This document shows positions 9,637 through 18,685 of a DNA stretch of 26,392 nt, piece after piece. A program made the translations under genes and the position numbers. Source of the stretch: a virus (taxonomy: Duplodnaviria; Caudoviricetes); the IMG/VR virus record IMGVR_UViG_3300017697_000082, positions 1 through 26,392 of that record; one strand, written 5' to 3'. Under the pieces are notes generated by a model. That model was not told the DNA's origin. It made no database searches and worked only from the letters and a program-made list of their open reading frames with translations. How positions within the stretch are numbered: the stretch's first letter is position 1; every line of letters starts with the position of its first letter.

Positions 9637-11090
9637 GTTAGTCTCCGCAACAATTGAAGCATTAATTTGTGCGGAATAGTTTTTGTTTTATCAAAATCTA
9701 ATTTATGTTGTATTGATTGTTCAACATGATCCTTTGCACCTTGTGGAATTGTTTCGTATTGTTTTAAAATACTATCATTATCGAATAATCCTAGTCCATG
9801 CATTACTAATGCATAATTGTATTCGTTAAACAAAACTTTTTTAGTATGTGTAGTCATGTCGTCAGCAATTGGCATTCTATATTTCCACATACGTAAGTTT
9901 TTATCTAAACTATCTGGCAAAGGTGTTTCTGATACTGCTTTCCAAAAGGGTGTATCTCTTCTATCAGTAATATAATGTAGTGCAATAAAGTCTCTAATAT
10001 TATCCATAATAGCAGTGACTTCAAGATTGTATCTATAAATTGTTTCTTGATTACAATTTATAAGACGTTGTGCTAATAGAAATGTTTGATTTATACTACT
10101 ACCAATACTGCTTGCTTCTAATGGTTCTACAAAACTTTGACTTAGTCCGATAGCACACACATTACCTATCCATGCTTTGTCCAGTGTACCTGGATCAAAT
10201 TTAATATGTTTTGCTACTTCAACACCGTGTCCTAAATATTTTTCAACTTCAGTATGTGCTTGTTCAGCTGTAATAAAATCACTATCAAATATATAACCAT
10301 TACCTGTGCGTCCTTGAACAGGTATACGAAACATCCAACCAGCGTCCATTGCTTTTGCAAGTGTCCAAATTGGTATTTCATCTCCTTCGGGTGTAGGAAA
10401 TACAATAGCTTCTTTCATTTTAAGATACTTACTATAACTTTGCCACTCTGCACCAACTGCATTAATTAGTAAACGTCTAAATCCTGTGCAATCTATATAG
10501 AAGTCATAGTCATATACTTGCTTTTCGCCTTGTAAAGTTGATATTGTATTGCCTTCTAATACATTTACGTCTATAATTTCATCATCAATAACATCAATGC
10601 CTTTGTCTATTGCAAACTTAGTTAGAAAGTCATTTAATTTAGCAGTATTAAAATGATATTGTGCTACGCCAGTGTCATTAGGACGTTCGTCCATAAATTT
10701 ATTAAATGGTGTTTCGTTATTCCACAGGTATTCACCTGTTAGTTCTCTAGCATCTACTTTTTCACCAATTAACTTAGCATATGCAATTGGTGCACTTAGT
10801 TGTTCAGCAACATATGGCTCATGAACACTTTGTAAGTATGGTTTTTCAGACCAGTCTTCAAACATAATACCAGATTTAAAACTAGCATCACATTCATTAA
10901 TAAGTTCGCCTGTATGAATACCAACAAAATCCATAAAGGCAGACCAATGTTCTGTTGAACCTTCACCTACACCGATAGTTCCAATCTTGGTAGATCGAAC
11001 TACATCAATTTTAAAGTTTGGAAAACTTGTTTTTAATATTAACGCTGACACAAAGCCTGCTGTGCCACCACCTACTACTGCTATTTTCAT
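9633..11090 (-). CDS. Flavin-dependent (tryptophan-halogenase family) halogenase
   Basis: VVGGGTAG FAD motif, IGVGEGS, SFKSGIMF (position of the catalytic Lys), YIDCTGF, GWMFRIP (WxWxIP variant) and FVEPLEASSI. Confidence 0.9.
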   Translation of the reverse strand: MKIAVVGGGTAGFVSALILKTSFPNFKIDVVRSTKIGTIGVGEGSTEHWSAFMDFVGIHTGELINECDASFKSGIMFEDWSEKPYLQSVHEPYVAEQLSAPIAYAKLIGEKVDARELTGEYLWNNETPFNKFMDERPNDTGVAQYHFNTAKLNDFLTKFAIDKGIDVIDDEIIDVNVLEGNTISTLQGEKQVYDYDFYIDCTGFRRLLINAVGAEWQSYSKYLKMKEAIVFPTPEGDEIPIWTLAKAMDAGWMFRIPVQGRTGNGYIFDSDFITAEQAHTEVEKYLGHGVEVAKHIKFDPGTLDKAWIGNVCAIGLSQSFVEPLEASSIGSSINQTFLLAQRLINCNQETIYRYNLEVTAIMDNIRDFIALHYITDRRDTPFWKAVSETPLPDSLDKNLRMWKYRMPIADDMTTHTKKVLFNEYNYALVMHGLGLFDNDSILKQYETIPQGAKDHVEQSIQHKLDFDKTKTIPHKLMLQLLRRLT

Positions 11091-11097
11091 TTTGTTC

Positions 11098-11679
11098 CTA
11101 GTGGTCTAATGTATACCATCCGCTTATAATATACTTAACGCCTTTGTAGATAGGATTGCCTCGATGTGGATGCGTAAACGATGTAGGAAAGATAGCCAAT
11201 CTACCAGGAGCTGGTTTAATTTTATGTCCTTGGTAAAGAAATTCTGTTTCGCCGCCTTCTTCGACACCATTTAAATATAATGTGTATGCTAACACCCGTG
11301 TGCTTGTTGGTACATCTGCATTTTCGCAATGCCAAGCGTGGTATCCTTGGTGCGGTTTTGTTTTTTGAACACTCATACCTTTTGCTGTATGTTGAAATAA
11401 TAATCCTAAGCTCTCATATTTCTTTTTATACTTTTCTAAATACGTTTTGTTTAAGGTTTCAAAGAAAAATTTACATAAATCTTCGTCTGCATGGTAATGA
11501 CTATTGTGGTTTGCCCAATCCATGTATATACGTTCGTCTTGATTTCTATCAATACCTTGCTGTTGTATTGCAGTCATCTGCATTGAAGACAATTCTTCAA
11601 ATCTTTTGATTACTTGTTTACAAAAGTCAATTGGATATACGTTATCATATACTTCTACTCCATCAAAATTATCATCCAT
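11098..11679 (-). CDS. 2OG-Fe(II) oxygenase (prolyl-4-hydroxylase-like)
   Basis: GYHAWHCE (HxE), YTLYLN..EGGETEF, IFP..FTHPHRGNP and KYIISGW, typical of aquatic-phage 2OG oxygenases. Confidence 0.88.
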   Translation of the reverse strand: MDDNFDGVEVYDNVYPIDFCKQVIKRFEELSSMQMTAIQQQGIDRNQDERIYMDWANHNSHYHADEDLCKFFFETLNKTYLEKYKKKYESLGLLFQHTAKGMSVQKTKPHQGYHAWHCENADVPTSTRVLAYTLYLNGVEEGGETEFLYQGHKIKPAPGRLAIFPTSFTHPHRGNPIYKGVKYIISGWYTLDH

Positions 11680-11688
11680 GCTATTCTC

Positions 11689-12408
11689 CTATATAAAAAA
11701 CTGCTGATTCATTCTATAGTTATCACCTACAAACATGTCTGGCTTAACATATGCAGTATGTAATACTGCCTGATTGTATAATACCATCCTATTAAACTGC
11801 ATTGGAATCATCCCAATCATTTCCCAATCATGCGAACTATCAGTAATATATTCTGTTACTGGAATTTTTCCTTCAACATCCATAGTAACATTAAAGTCAT
11901 TGTTTACTACTTCATCGGTGTAAAAGTGTTTGCCGCCAAATTCATAAAAACTTGTGCCACCCGCAGACTCATTTTCATTGTTTAAATAAATTGTACTAGC
12001 AAGATTCATACCTGACCGATTGTCTTGATGCGGTGCAAGAGGTGGTAAATTATCAGTTTGCATGACATTAATCATAAATGTTGCATTCATAAAACTTCTA
12101 TCCATATATCCTGGTTCGTATTGATACATTATCTCCGGAAAAAACTCCGATGCTAAGTGATGGAATGGTTGGGCTAAACTTGATAGCTCGTAAAATGCAT
12201 TAATTCGTAGTGCAGGATTACCTCCTCTAATACGTCTATTAACAGATGCCGGAATATCTAAAGCAAGTTGTCTTACTAAATGTGGATTTTTATAAAAGTT
12301 ATCAACTACTAATACATGTACACCTGCTTTTCCAAACTTGTGTAATCTTGTGTCGTAGTCTTCGTTGACAGCAAATGTTTCTTCTTCGTTAATTGTGTTT
12401 TTAATCAT
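11689..12408 (-). CDS. 2OG-Fe(II) oxygenase-fold protein (DUF6445-like)
   Basis: VVDNFYKNP, PHQD (HxD), IYLN...GGTSFY, FNRMVLY...LH and R..Q.FF. Start moved to ATG 12408, which has a GGAG RBS. Confidence 0.75.
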   Translation of the reverse strand: MIKNTINEEETFAVNEDYDTRLHKFGKAGVHVLVVDNFYKNPHLVRQLALDIPASVNRRIRGGNPALRINAFYELSSLAQPFHHLASEFFPEIMYQYEPGYMDRSFMNATFMINVMQTDNLPPLAPHQDNRSGMNLASTIYLNNENESAGGTSFYEFGGKHFYTDEVVNNDFNVTMDVEGKIPVTEYITDSSHDWEMIGMIPMQFNRMVLYNQAVLHTAYVKPDMFVGDNYRMNQQFFI

Positions 12409-13000
12409 CTTGTTTCTCCGATAGTACAAAGTTAGCACTAATTGTTGACCGTACTTGGTCGCTAGTATTGTTAGATACGTAATGTTCTAGGTTACTAGGA
12501 AAAAATACAATATCACCTTCTTCTAACGGAGGGGTTACTCTGTTATTGTATCTAAATGGTTGTGTCGACAATGCAGGAAGGCCTGATTGATGGAAAAAGT
12601 CGTAGGCTTTGTTATAGAATACAAAGTTACCACTGTCTTTTGGTGTGTGCATCATATAAGCACAACTAATTTGTGCAACTCCTACATGGTTATGTACTTC
12701 TTGATACGATCCTGGCTTGTACTTGTTAAGCCAACACTCAATCCTATAGTCTAATGTTAAGTCTATACTAAAGTTTTCAAGATACTCATTCAATCCAGTA
12801 ATTGCTGATCTAATAAATGTTTTAAATGGTAAGTTTGAAGCATCAGGGTTACCATATGTAGTATCTACAGGACTGTACCAAGAAGGTACTTTACTGAAAT
12901 ACTCTTCTTTATCAAGTATATCGGCAAAGTCTTGTTGTACTTGCTCATGCTCCGGTAGTTTTATCTTATATACTGGAATTGAATATAAGTTTACCAGCAT
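12401..13000 (-). CDS. Putative 2OG-Fe(II) oxygenase (TIGR02466-like)
   Basis: WLNKY..GSYQEVHNH (HxH), ISCAYM, EGDIVFFPSNLEHYV and RSTISANF. Confidence 0.82.
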   Translation of the reverse strand: MLVNLYSIPVYKIKLPEHEQVQQDFADILDKEEYFSKVPSWYSPVDTTYGNPDASNLPFKTFIRSAITGLNEYLENFSIDLTLDYRIECWLNKYKPGSYQEVHNHVGVAQISCAYMMHTPKDSGNFVFYNKAYDFFHQSGLPALSTQPFRYNNRVTPPLEEGDIVFFPSNLEHYVSNNTSDQVRSTISANFVLSEKQDD

Positions 13001-14829
13001 TAGTTCTTCATTTCAATTAGTTTGCCGTACTCAGGTAGGTAACAATATTCCATCTCACTATTATAAAGTGTACGTACAGCATCATCTAGAGTTTCAACTA
13101 GTGGTTCACCACCTAAATTAAAACTAGTATTAAAAATAATTGGAACACTTGTTTGTTTATAGAACTCTTCGATAAGCTCATAGTAGTGTTTATTCTGTTC
13201 TTTGGTTACAGTTTGAATTCTACAAGTGCCATCAACATGAATAATGCTTGGGATCTTTTCTGCAATACCTTCTTGACAATCCATTGCATACATCATATGT
13301 GGTGTTTGTTCTAATCCACGCATGTCAAACCATTCATGTGCATGCTCTAACATAATTGTTCCAGCGAAGGGTCTAAAATACTCTCTACGCTTTACTTTGT
13401 TTACGTAATCCTTGCCGTCTTCGAACGTTGGGTCAAACAATATACTTCTGTTACCTAATGCACGTGGTCCGTTTTCACTTTTACCTTGAAACATAGTAAC
13501 AATATTTTTGTTTCTAATTAATTCTACAACTAATTCTTTATTAGCGTCAGTAATTGTAGCACCATACTTGTTTGCAGTGTCTTCAATTTGCTCATTAGTA
13601 TATGTATACTCAAAACCTTCGTAGATTGTTTCTGCGTAAGGACGTATAGTTTTATCTTTTGTAGTTTGATGATATACTAACATAGCCGCACCCATTGCTG
13701 TACCTGCATCATTACTAACAGGTTCAACGTATAACTTAATGCCTTCTTTGTTTAATTTATCGAGGTACCAGTAGTTTGCAACACAGTTAAGTGCATAGCC
13801 GCCACTTAGTACTACGTTTTTATTACCGGACATTTCAACTGCTTTAAAAATAAGGTTTAATACTTCTTGTTGTGATCCTTCTTGTACTGCATATGCTAAG
13901 TCTCTACGATTTTCTTGTGTAGTTAGGTCAGTATTACTATTAATCGTATCTTGTGATGTTTCTAAATACTCGTATTTTGCTTCATTTACTAATGCCGCAT
14001 TTGGATATGTAGGAATAACAATGTTTCTATCACTTGTACGCCACTTACCACCATTGCCGTCAGTATAAATCGGAGGAATATTTAAATTTTTCTTACCATA
14101 TGGAGCAAGCCCCATAGTTTTACCTGCTTCAATAGGTTGAAATCCACAATATTGTGTTACTGCTTCGTATGCCTTAACAATACCTGCACTATCATCTAGT
14201 ACAAGTTCGTGAAATCCTTCTTCACCTTCACGGTCTGATGGAATATATGGAATACGTGTTCCCGGAAAAGGTCCGTTTCCTCCTTGGTGCTTATATAAAG
14301 TTTTAAAGTTATCAGGATATGCACAATTAAAGATACTTTCACATTCCCATGACATATATTCTTCGTTAAATACACCCATGTTAATGTTCATTGGTATAAA
14401 TGTGCCTGCTCCATCAACAATAACACTTACTGCTGATTCAAATCCTGAACGATAAAATGCACATGCCGCATGTAATTTATGATGTATATGACTTAGGTCA
14501 ATTACTTGCCTATGATTGTGTTGGCCATCTGCTGTGTAAGCATTATCGTTTCTATCAATTAATCCTAGTTTCCTTGCTAGTCCTGTATACATATCACCAC
14601 CGCTAAAGTCAATTCTGCTCGACTCTGCTAATGGTTGTGTATGTGCTACTACAAGATAATCTAATTTATCTGTATAATCAAGGAATTTAATCATTGAGGC
14701 AAGTGGTCCGCCGTCATATTTTTTACGAGTTAGACGTTCTTCTTCGATTGAAAATACAATTTCACCATCTTTTAATAATACGGCGCCGCCGTTGTGTCCT
14801 CTTGTGATTGCTCCAATCCACTGTGTCAT
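13000..14829 (-). CDS. O-carbamoyltransferase (NodU/CmcH/TobZ family)
   Basis: EEERLTRKK, HHKLHAACAFY, VDGAG, GKTMGLAPYG, LSGGYALNCVAN, DAGTAMGAA, GPRALGNRSIL, KRREYFRPFA, HVDGTCRIQTV and NTSFNLGGEPLVET. Confidence 0.95.
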   Translation of the reverse strand: MTQWIGAITRGHNGGAVLLKDGEIVFSIEEERLTRKKYDGGPLASMIKFLDYTDKLDYLVVAHTQPLAESSRIDFSGGDMYTGLARKLGLIDRNDNAYTADGQHNHRQVIDLSHIHHKLHAACAFYRSGFESAVSVIVDGAGTFIPMNINMGVFNEEYMSWECESIFNCAYPDNFKTLYKHQGGNGPFPGTRIPYIPSDREGEEGFHELVLDDSAGIVKAYEAVTQYCGFQPIEAGKTMGLAPYGKKNLNIPPIYTDGNGGKWRTSDRNIVIPTYPNAALVNEAKYEYLETSQDTINSNTDLTTQENRRDLAYAVQEGSQQEVLNLIFKAVEMSGNKNVVLSGGYALNCVANYWYLDKLNKEGIKLYVEPVSNDAGTAMGAAMLVYHQTTKDKTIRPYAETIYEGFEYTYTNEQIEDTANKYGATITDANKELVVELIRNKNIVTMFQGKSENGPRALGNRSILFDPTFEDGKDYVNKVKRREYFRPFAGTIMLEHAHEWFDMRGLEQTPHMMYAMDCQEGIAEKIPSIIHVDGTCRIQTVTKEQNKHYYELIEEFYKQTSVPIIFNTSFNLGGEPLVETLDDAVRTLYNSEMEYCYLPEYGKLIEMKN

Positions 14830-14908
14830 ATTGTTTCCTTTTATGTTTCTTTATATACTATATGTATTTGCAATCCCAGTGATTGCTGACAAGAACTGAA
14901 CCTTATCA

Positions 14909-15514
14909 TTAGTTAATTTCTACATCGTATGTAAAGTCAACTACAAATACCTTTCTTTCTTCTAATGTAGGATATACTCCATGGTAAACTTTACCGTCCA
15001 TAACTACTACATCGCCTGCTATACATTTTATCATATCACTTACTAGTTCACCTGTAACAGGATTCATAGTAATTGCTTTTAATTTACCATTTAATGGTGT
15101 TACTGTGCTTACTGATATTGTGTTTAAGAACATAACACATGTCATTGTGCGTTGTCCTCTATCTTCATGTGTGTGCAATCCTGAGAAAGTATTCTCAGGG
15201 TATGTTAGCCACCAACATTTCTTAAATTTTACGTTTTTAAATTGAAACTTTTCTATAGATTTTTTAATCCACTCTAAATATATTCCTTGTTGGTCTACAT
15301 TATACGGATATGAAAAATCATCATCGTTATATTGTATAATTGCACCACCGTAATCTACATGCGACTTAGGCGGATTATCAAATAGTTCTAAAAATTTATT
15401 ATAGTCTTGATACTTGTCTTTGCTAATCCAATAGTCGGGTATACGTCCATTAAAGCATAACCAGAAAAAGTCTTTATCACCTTGATATGCAGTATCTAAA
15501 GTTTCTATATCCAT
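14909..15514 (-). CDS. Putative Fe/2OG-oxygenase-fold protein (HxH...H), paralog of 16083-16685
   Basis: W..TYP....GLHTH, TCVMFL, GDVVVMDGKVYHGVYP and RKVFVVDF. Confidence 0.7.
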   Translation of the reverse strand: MDIETLDTAYQGDKDFFWLCFNGRIPDYWISKDKYQDYNKFLELFDNPPKSHVDYGGAIIQYNDDDFSYPYNVDQQGIYLEWIKKSIEKFQFKNVKFKKCWWLTYPENTFSGLHTHEDRGQRTMTCVMFLNTISVSTVTPLNGKLKAITMNPVTGELVSDMIKCIAGDVVVMDGKVYHGVYPTLEERKVFVVDFTYDVEIN

Positions 15515-16086
15515 TATTTTACACTTTCTGATTTGTTTACATATGGAAATGGCGAACTAGGAATGTCTCTGCCTAAAAAATTACAAAGCACTTTCCAACC
15601 GTCACCGTCACAAATGTTCATTTCTAAATATGTATTTGGTTTATCATTAAAAAAATCTCGTATTTCGTTCTTTTTCTTAAAATAACGATCTACTTTACGC
15701 TTAAATGTGTTATGCTCTTGTTTAGTATCACGCTGAAATTTTCCTTGCGATCTTTCCATAGTTATTACACTTTTAATCCAATCTTCTGGAGCACGTATAG
15801 TAAGTATAAATTTGCTATTAGGATATTGATTATAAAGTTCTTTATAGTACTTCTCTCCGTTAAAGTCACTAAAACCTTGATATATATGATCAAGTGTATG
15901 AAAGTAATTTAACCCTTGCTCTTTGTTTATATTTGCAACGACTTCTAGCTCTTTGTTGTTGTTTTTATGCCATCCAGATCCGTCTACAGAAAAGTGTATA
16001 CTAGGAATTCCTAAGATGTTTAATGCATTAGTTAACGATGTAGTTCCTGATCTATTAAACCCGATATTAAATACATATTGGTTCAT
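15514..16086 (-). CDS. Sulfotransferase-family protein (P-loop)
   Basis: IGFNRSGTTSLTNALNILG (5'-PSB loop), YPNSKFILTIR..EDWIKS (3'-PB) and GDGWKVLCNFLG..IP..PFP.VN. Confidence 0.85.
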   Translation of the reverse strand: MNQYVFNIGFNRSGTTSLTNALNILGIPSIHFSVDGSGWHKNNNKELEVVANINKEQGLNYFHTLDHIYQGFSDFNGEKYYKELYNQYPNSKFILTIRAPEDWIKSVITMERSQGKFQRDTKQEHNTFKRKVDRYFKKKNEIRDFFNDKPNTYLEMNICDGDGWKVLCNFLGRDIPSSPFPYVNKSESVK

Positions 16087-16685
16087 ATTACACTTTCATA
16101 TTCAAAGTCTACAACAAATACATGTCTATCTTCTAGTGTAGGGTAAGATCCGTGCCATACTTTACCATCTAAGATTACCAACTTACCTTCAATAGGCTTA
16201 TGTGTTAAGTAAGTAATTTCACTGTCTGTTGGCTGTAGCGTAGTTAAACATCCTGCTAAAGGATATTCTACACTTGGCTTTGGAGTGTCTAAAAATAACA
16301 CACTAGTTAGTTGTTTTCCAGGTTGATGCGAATGTAATCCGCTATATGCACCTGGTGGATATTTTACACCCCATGCTTTTTTAAAATCTTTAACACGGAT
16401 AGGCAAATTTTGTAACTGAAACTTAATAAACGCTAAGTACTCTTCTTTTGGATCTATATCTGTAGGGTAAGACATATCCTTTTTGTAATACAAAGTACCG
16501 TTACCATAGTCGACATGTCGTTCGCTAGAAGTATCAAATAAATTTAAAAACTTTTTATATCCCGGATAAAATAAATCATCTACAACCCATGTATCAAGTG
16601 TTTGTATTTTTTCTACAGTAGGATCCATTACAGTTGTGATACCACTTAAAAAACTATCAGGTGAAGTAAAGTTAGGATCGCTCAT
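16083..16685 (-). CDS. Putative Fe/2OG-oxygenase-fold protein (HxH...H), paralog of 14909-15514
   Basis: W.VKYP....GLHSH, TSVLFL, GKLVILDGKVWHGSYP and RHVFVVDF. Confidence 0.7.
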   Translation of the reverse strand: MSDPNFTSPDSFLSGITTVMDPTVEKIQTLDTWVVDDLFYPGYKKFLNLFDTSSERHVDYGNGTLYYKKDMSYPTDIDPKEEYLAFIKFQLQNLPIRVKDFKKAWGVKYPPGAYSGLHSHQPGKQLTSVLFLDTPKPSVEYPLAGCLTTLQPTDSEITYLTHKPIEGKLVILDGKVWHGSYPTLEDRHVFVVDFEYESVI

Positions 16686-16686
16686 T

Positions 16687-17748
16687 TTACTGCCCAGTAT
16701 GACCTAAGATTTTTGCTTGTTGTTTATTGCCGTGTGATGCACCATCTGCATGTACTACTCCATGGGTTGGACAAACTTCGCCTTGTTCTTGTTGCGGTTT
16801 GTAGTTTCCGGTATAACTTCTCGGTTTCCCCAAACGCTTGCGAGCACTTGTAATAATTTTTTTAAAACTTTCATCATCTAACTCCATAACTTCATCGTTA
16901 AATCGTTCAATTGAATCTTCCATTGTAAGTCTAATAGGACTAAACTTACGCTTACCTTCTCCTAAGTCAATAATATCAAAGTCAGGAGAATTAGGATAAG
17001 AAATATTAATAGGATATGTACTGCCAATAACACTTGTGCATGTTGTACCTAGTGCTTTTGCCATATGTTGTCCTAGACTATCACAACCGATAAAATGATC
17101 TGCAATTTGAATAACGCTTGACCAAACTCTTACATCTGGAATTTGTGGAACTGCTACAGGAACTTTAGTATTTTCTTCAACTACAACAGGGAATTCGCTC
17201 ATTAAAATTACAGCATAATCATCACGTAAGTCTTTACAAATGCGTATAACATCATTTAAATGAAAACTTCTACTAGTACCATCAATTACAAAGTCGCCCA
17301 TGTTTTCAGCTGTACGACCAAATGGTTGAAACACCACTACTTTGTCTTTGCCTGTAACTGCTTTAATTTCTTCAACAACTTTATACCCTTGTACAAGCTC
17401 ATGTTTGTTCATATGTATAGTTGGGTCAGGTAAATCTCTTATACCTTTGTTATTAATTGCAATATCAAATGCTTGTGCTAAACTACACTTTTGATTATAA
17501 TATTCCCAAATCCGATAAGGTTCTGGAGAGTAACAATCTCTGTCTTTAATGTAATCTTTAAATAGGTTTTTATGCCAATTATCATATGCTAATTCATGTA
17601 GTTGTGGATGTCCTTTATAAAAGTCCATTCCGCCTTCACAAACAATAATAAAGTCTTGATCTGTTTCGTAGAGTTTTTCAAACGCTGGAATACTTGCAAC
17701 TGTTCTGCCTGCTCCACCGTTGATAAAATATGCTTTTTTGCGTTCCAA
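16687..17748 (-). CDS. GT-B glycosyltransferase, GT9/heptosyltransferase-like
   Basis: N-terminal INGGAGRTVASIP (GGxGD-like), VVFQPFG and IQIADHFIGCDSLGQHMAKALG (GT9 xDS..xHxAxA motif). TTG start with an AGGAG RBS. Confidence 0.78.
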   Translation of the reverse strand: MERKKAYFINGGAGRTVASIPAFEKLYETDQDFIIVCEGGMDFYKGHPQLHELAYDNWHKNLFKDYIKDRDCYSPEPYRIWEYYNQKCSLAQAFDIAINNKGIRDLPDPTIHMNKHELVQGYKVVEEIKAVTGKDKVVVFQPFGRTAENMGDFVIDGTSRSFHLNDVIRICKDLRDDYAVILMSEFPVVVEENTKVPVAVPQIPDVRVWSSVIQIADHFIGCDSLGQHMAKALGTTCTSVIGSTYPINISYPNSPDFDIIDLGEGKRKFSPIRLTMEDSIERFNDEVMELDDESFKKIITSARKRLGKPRSYTGNYKPQQEQGEVCPTHGVVHADGASHGNKQQAKILGHTGQ

Positions 17749-17771
17749 TGTTTTCTCCTGTATAGTACAAA

Positions 17772-17779
17772 TATTTATT
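17772..17779 (-). promoter_or_regulatory. Putative T4-like late promoter (AATAAATA) heading the enzyme cassette
   Basis: Lies between the terminator and the RBS of the glycosyltransferase gene. Confidence 0.55.
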
Positions 17780-17814
17780 GGTAGGATACTTTACATGACG
17801 CTGATCTGGTAGTC

Positions 17815-17840
17815 ATAAAAAAAGGGCCTAATGGCCCTTA
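17815..17840 (-). terminator. Rho-independent terminator
   Basis: Minus strand reads AAGGGCC-ATTA-GGCCCTT followed by a T run, ~25 nt after the chaperone stop codon. Confidence 0.85.
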
Positions 17841-17864
17841 ATTTATTAATTTATAATGCTAAAT

Positions 17865-18656
17865 TTATTTTTTACCTGCAACCTTTTGAGCGGCAACTTC
17901 TACGTCAACGGCAAATGCACCTTCTCTATACGGATCTGCAGGATCTGCTGATGTGTCTGGATCACGCATATCTTTTGGTACAGTTGGAAACATCATAACT
18001 GCTTGCCACGGCTCATATCCAGCCGCTTGTGCCCAAGCTGGTAAATCTCTTAGTCTTTGTCTATAATCTTTCCAAGTCTGTTGGATAGCTTCAGGAGCGT
18101 CTGTCTGTCCAACTTTAGCGTCAGTATCGTGCAATGCCGAATCTCTAACATCTCTAAGATCTTGCCATGTTAGGTCCATTTTTGCACCTGTAGCTTCCCA
18201 ATCATGGATCCCAATATTAAATGTTTCTGTTTCAAAATCATATGTGATATTTTGTTCGTCGTATACATCACGCGGTTCTAATTCATCTGTGTACTCTACA
18301 TCCATATAACCGTCTGGAGCGTCCCAAAGAACTTTCCATTCTCTTTGACGTCTTAGTAATACACCTTCTTCTTTACCATCATCATTACCGATTTCGCAAA
18401 GTAAAGGGTTTTCTTTACAATCAACTGTTATTCTTGTTATGTCTTTGCCGGCTGGACGTTCTAAATCCATTTTTTCCCATAGACACCAACCAGATTCTTT
18501 TTGGTAGTTGTCTGTATCTGCAGGGTCATTGCCTATTTCAAACGTTAAAAACTCAGGGCCTTTATAAGTAAAGGTGCCGGTTCTTCCGTTTTCAAAACTA
18601 TTTTTTCTCCACTCGTCCCAAATTGGGTAAGTAAATGTTTTTTCAATTTTTCTCAT
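17865..18656 (-). CDS. Tail fibre assembly chaperone-domain protein with N-terminal extension
   Basis: WQDLRDVRDSALHDTD...DAP...WKDYRQRLRDLP...FPTVP matches the phage tail assembly chaperone pattern (R..R...L..sD...YRq.LRDlP...P..P). It directly follows the fibre-like genes. Confidence 0.8.
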   Translation of the reverse strand: MRKIEKTFTYPIWDEWRKNSFENGRTGTFTYKGPEFLTFEIGNDPADTDNYQKESGWCLWEKMDLERPAGKDITRITVDCKENPLLCEIGNDDGKEEGVLLRRQREWKVLWDAPDGYMDVEYTDELEPRDVYDEQNITYDFETETFNIGIHDWEATGAKMDLTWQDLRDVRDSALHDTDAKVGQTDAPEAIQQTWKDYRQRLRDLPAWAQAAGYEPWQAVMMFPTVPKDMRDPDTSADPADPYREGAFAVDVEVAAQKVAGKK

Positions 18657-18675
18657 GTTATTCAGCTCCTAAAAC

Positions 18676-18683
18676 TATTTATC
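18676..18683 (-). promoter_or_regulatory. Putative T4-like late promoter (GATAAATA)
   Basis: Intergenic, just upstream of the AGGAG RBS of the chaperone gene. Confidence 0.55.
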
Positions 18684-18685
18684 AT

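Noticed and set aside
14870-14886. Small hairpin GCAATC-ccagt-GATTGC upstream of the carbamoyltransferase
   Set aside because: Only a 6-bp stem with no U-tract and no correctly spaced sigma70 pair, so too weak to call.
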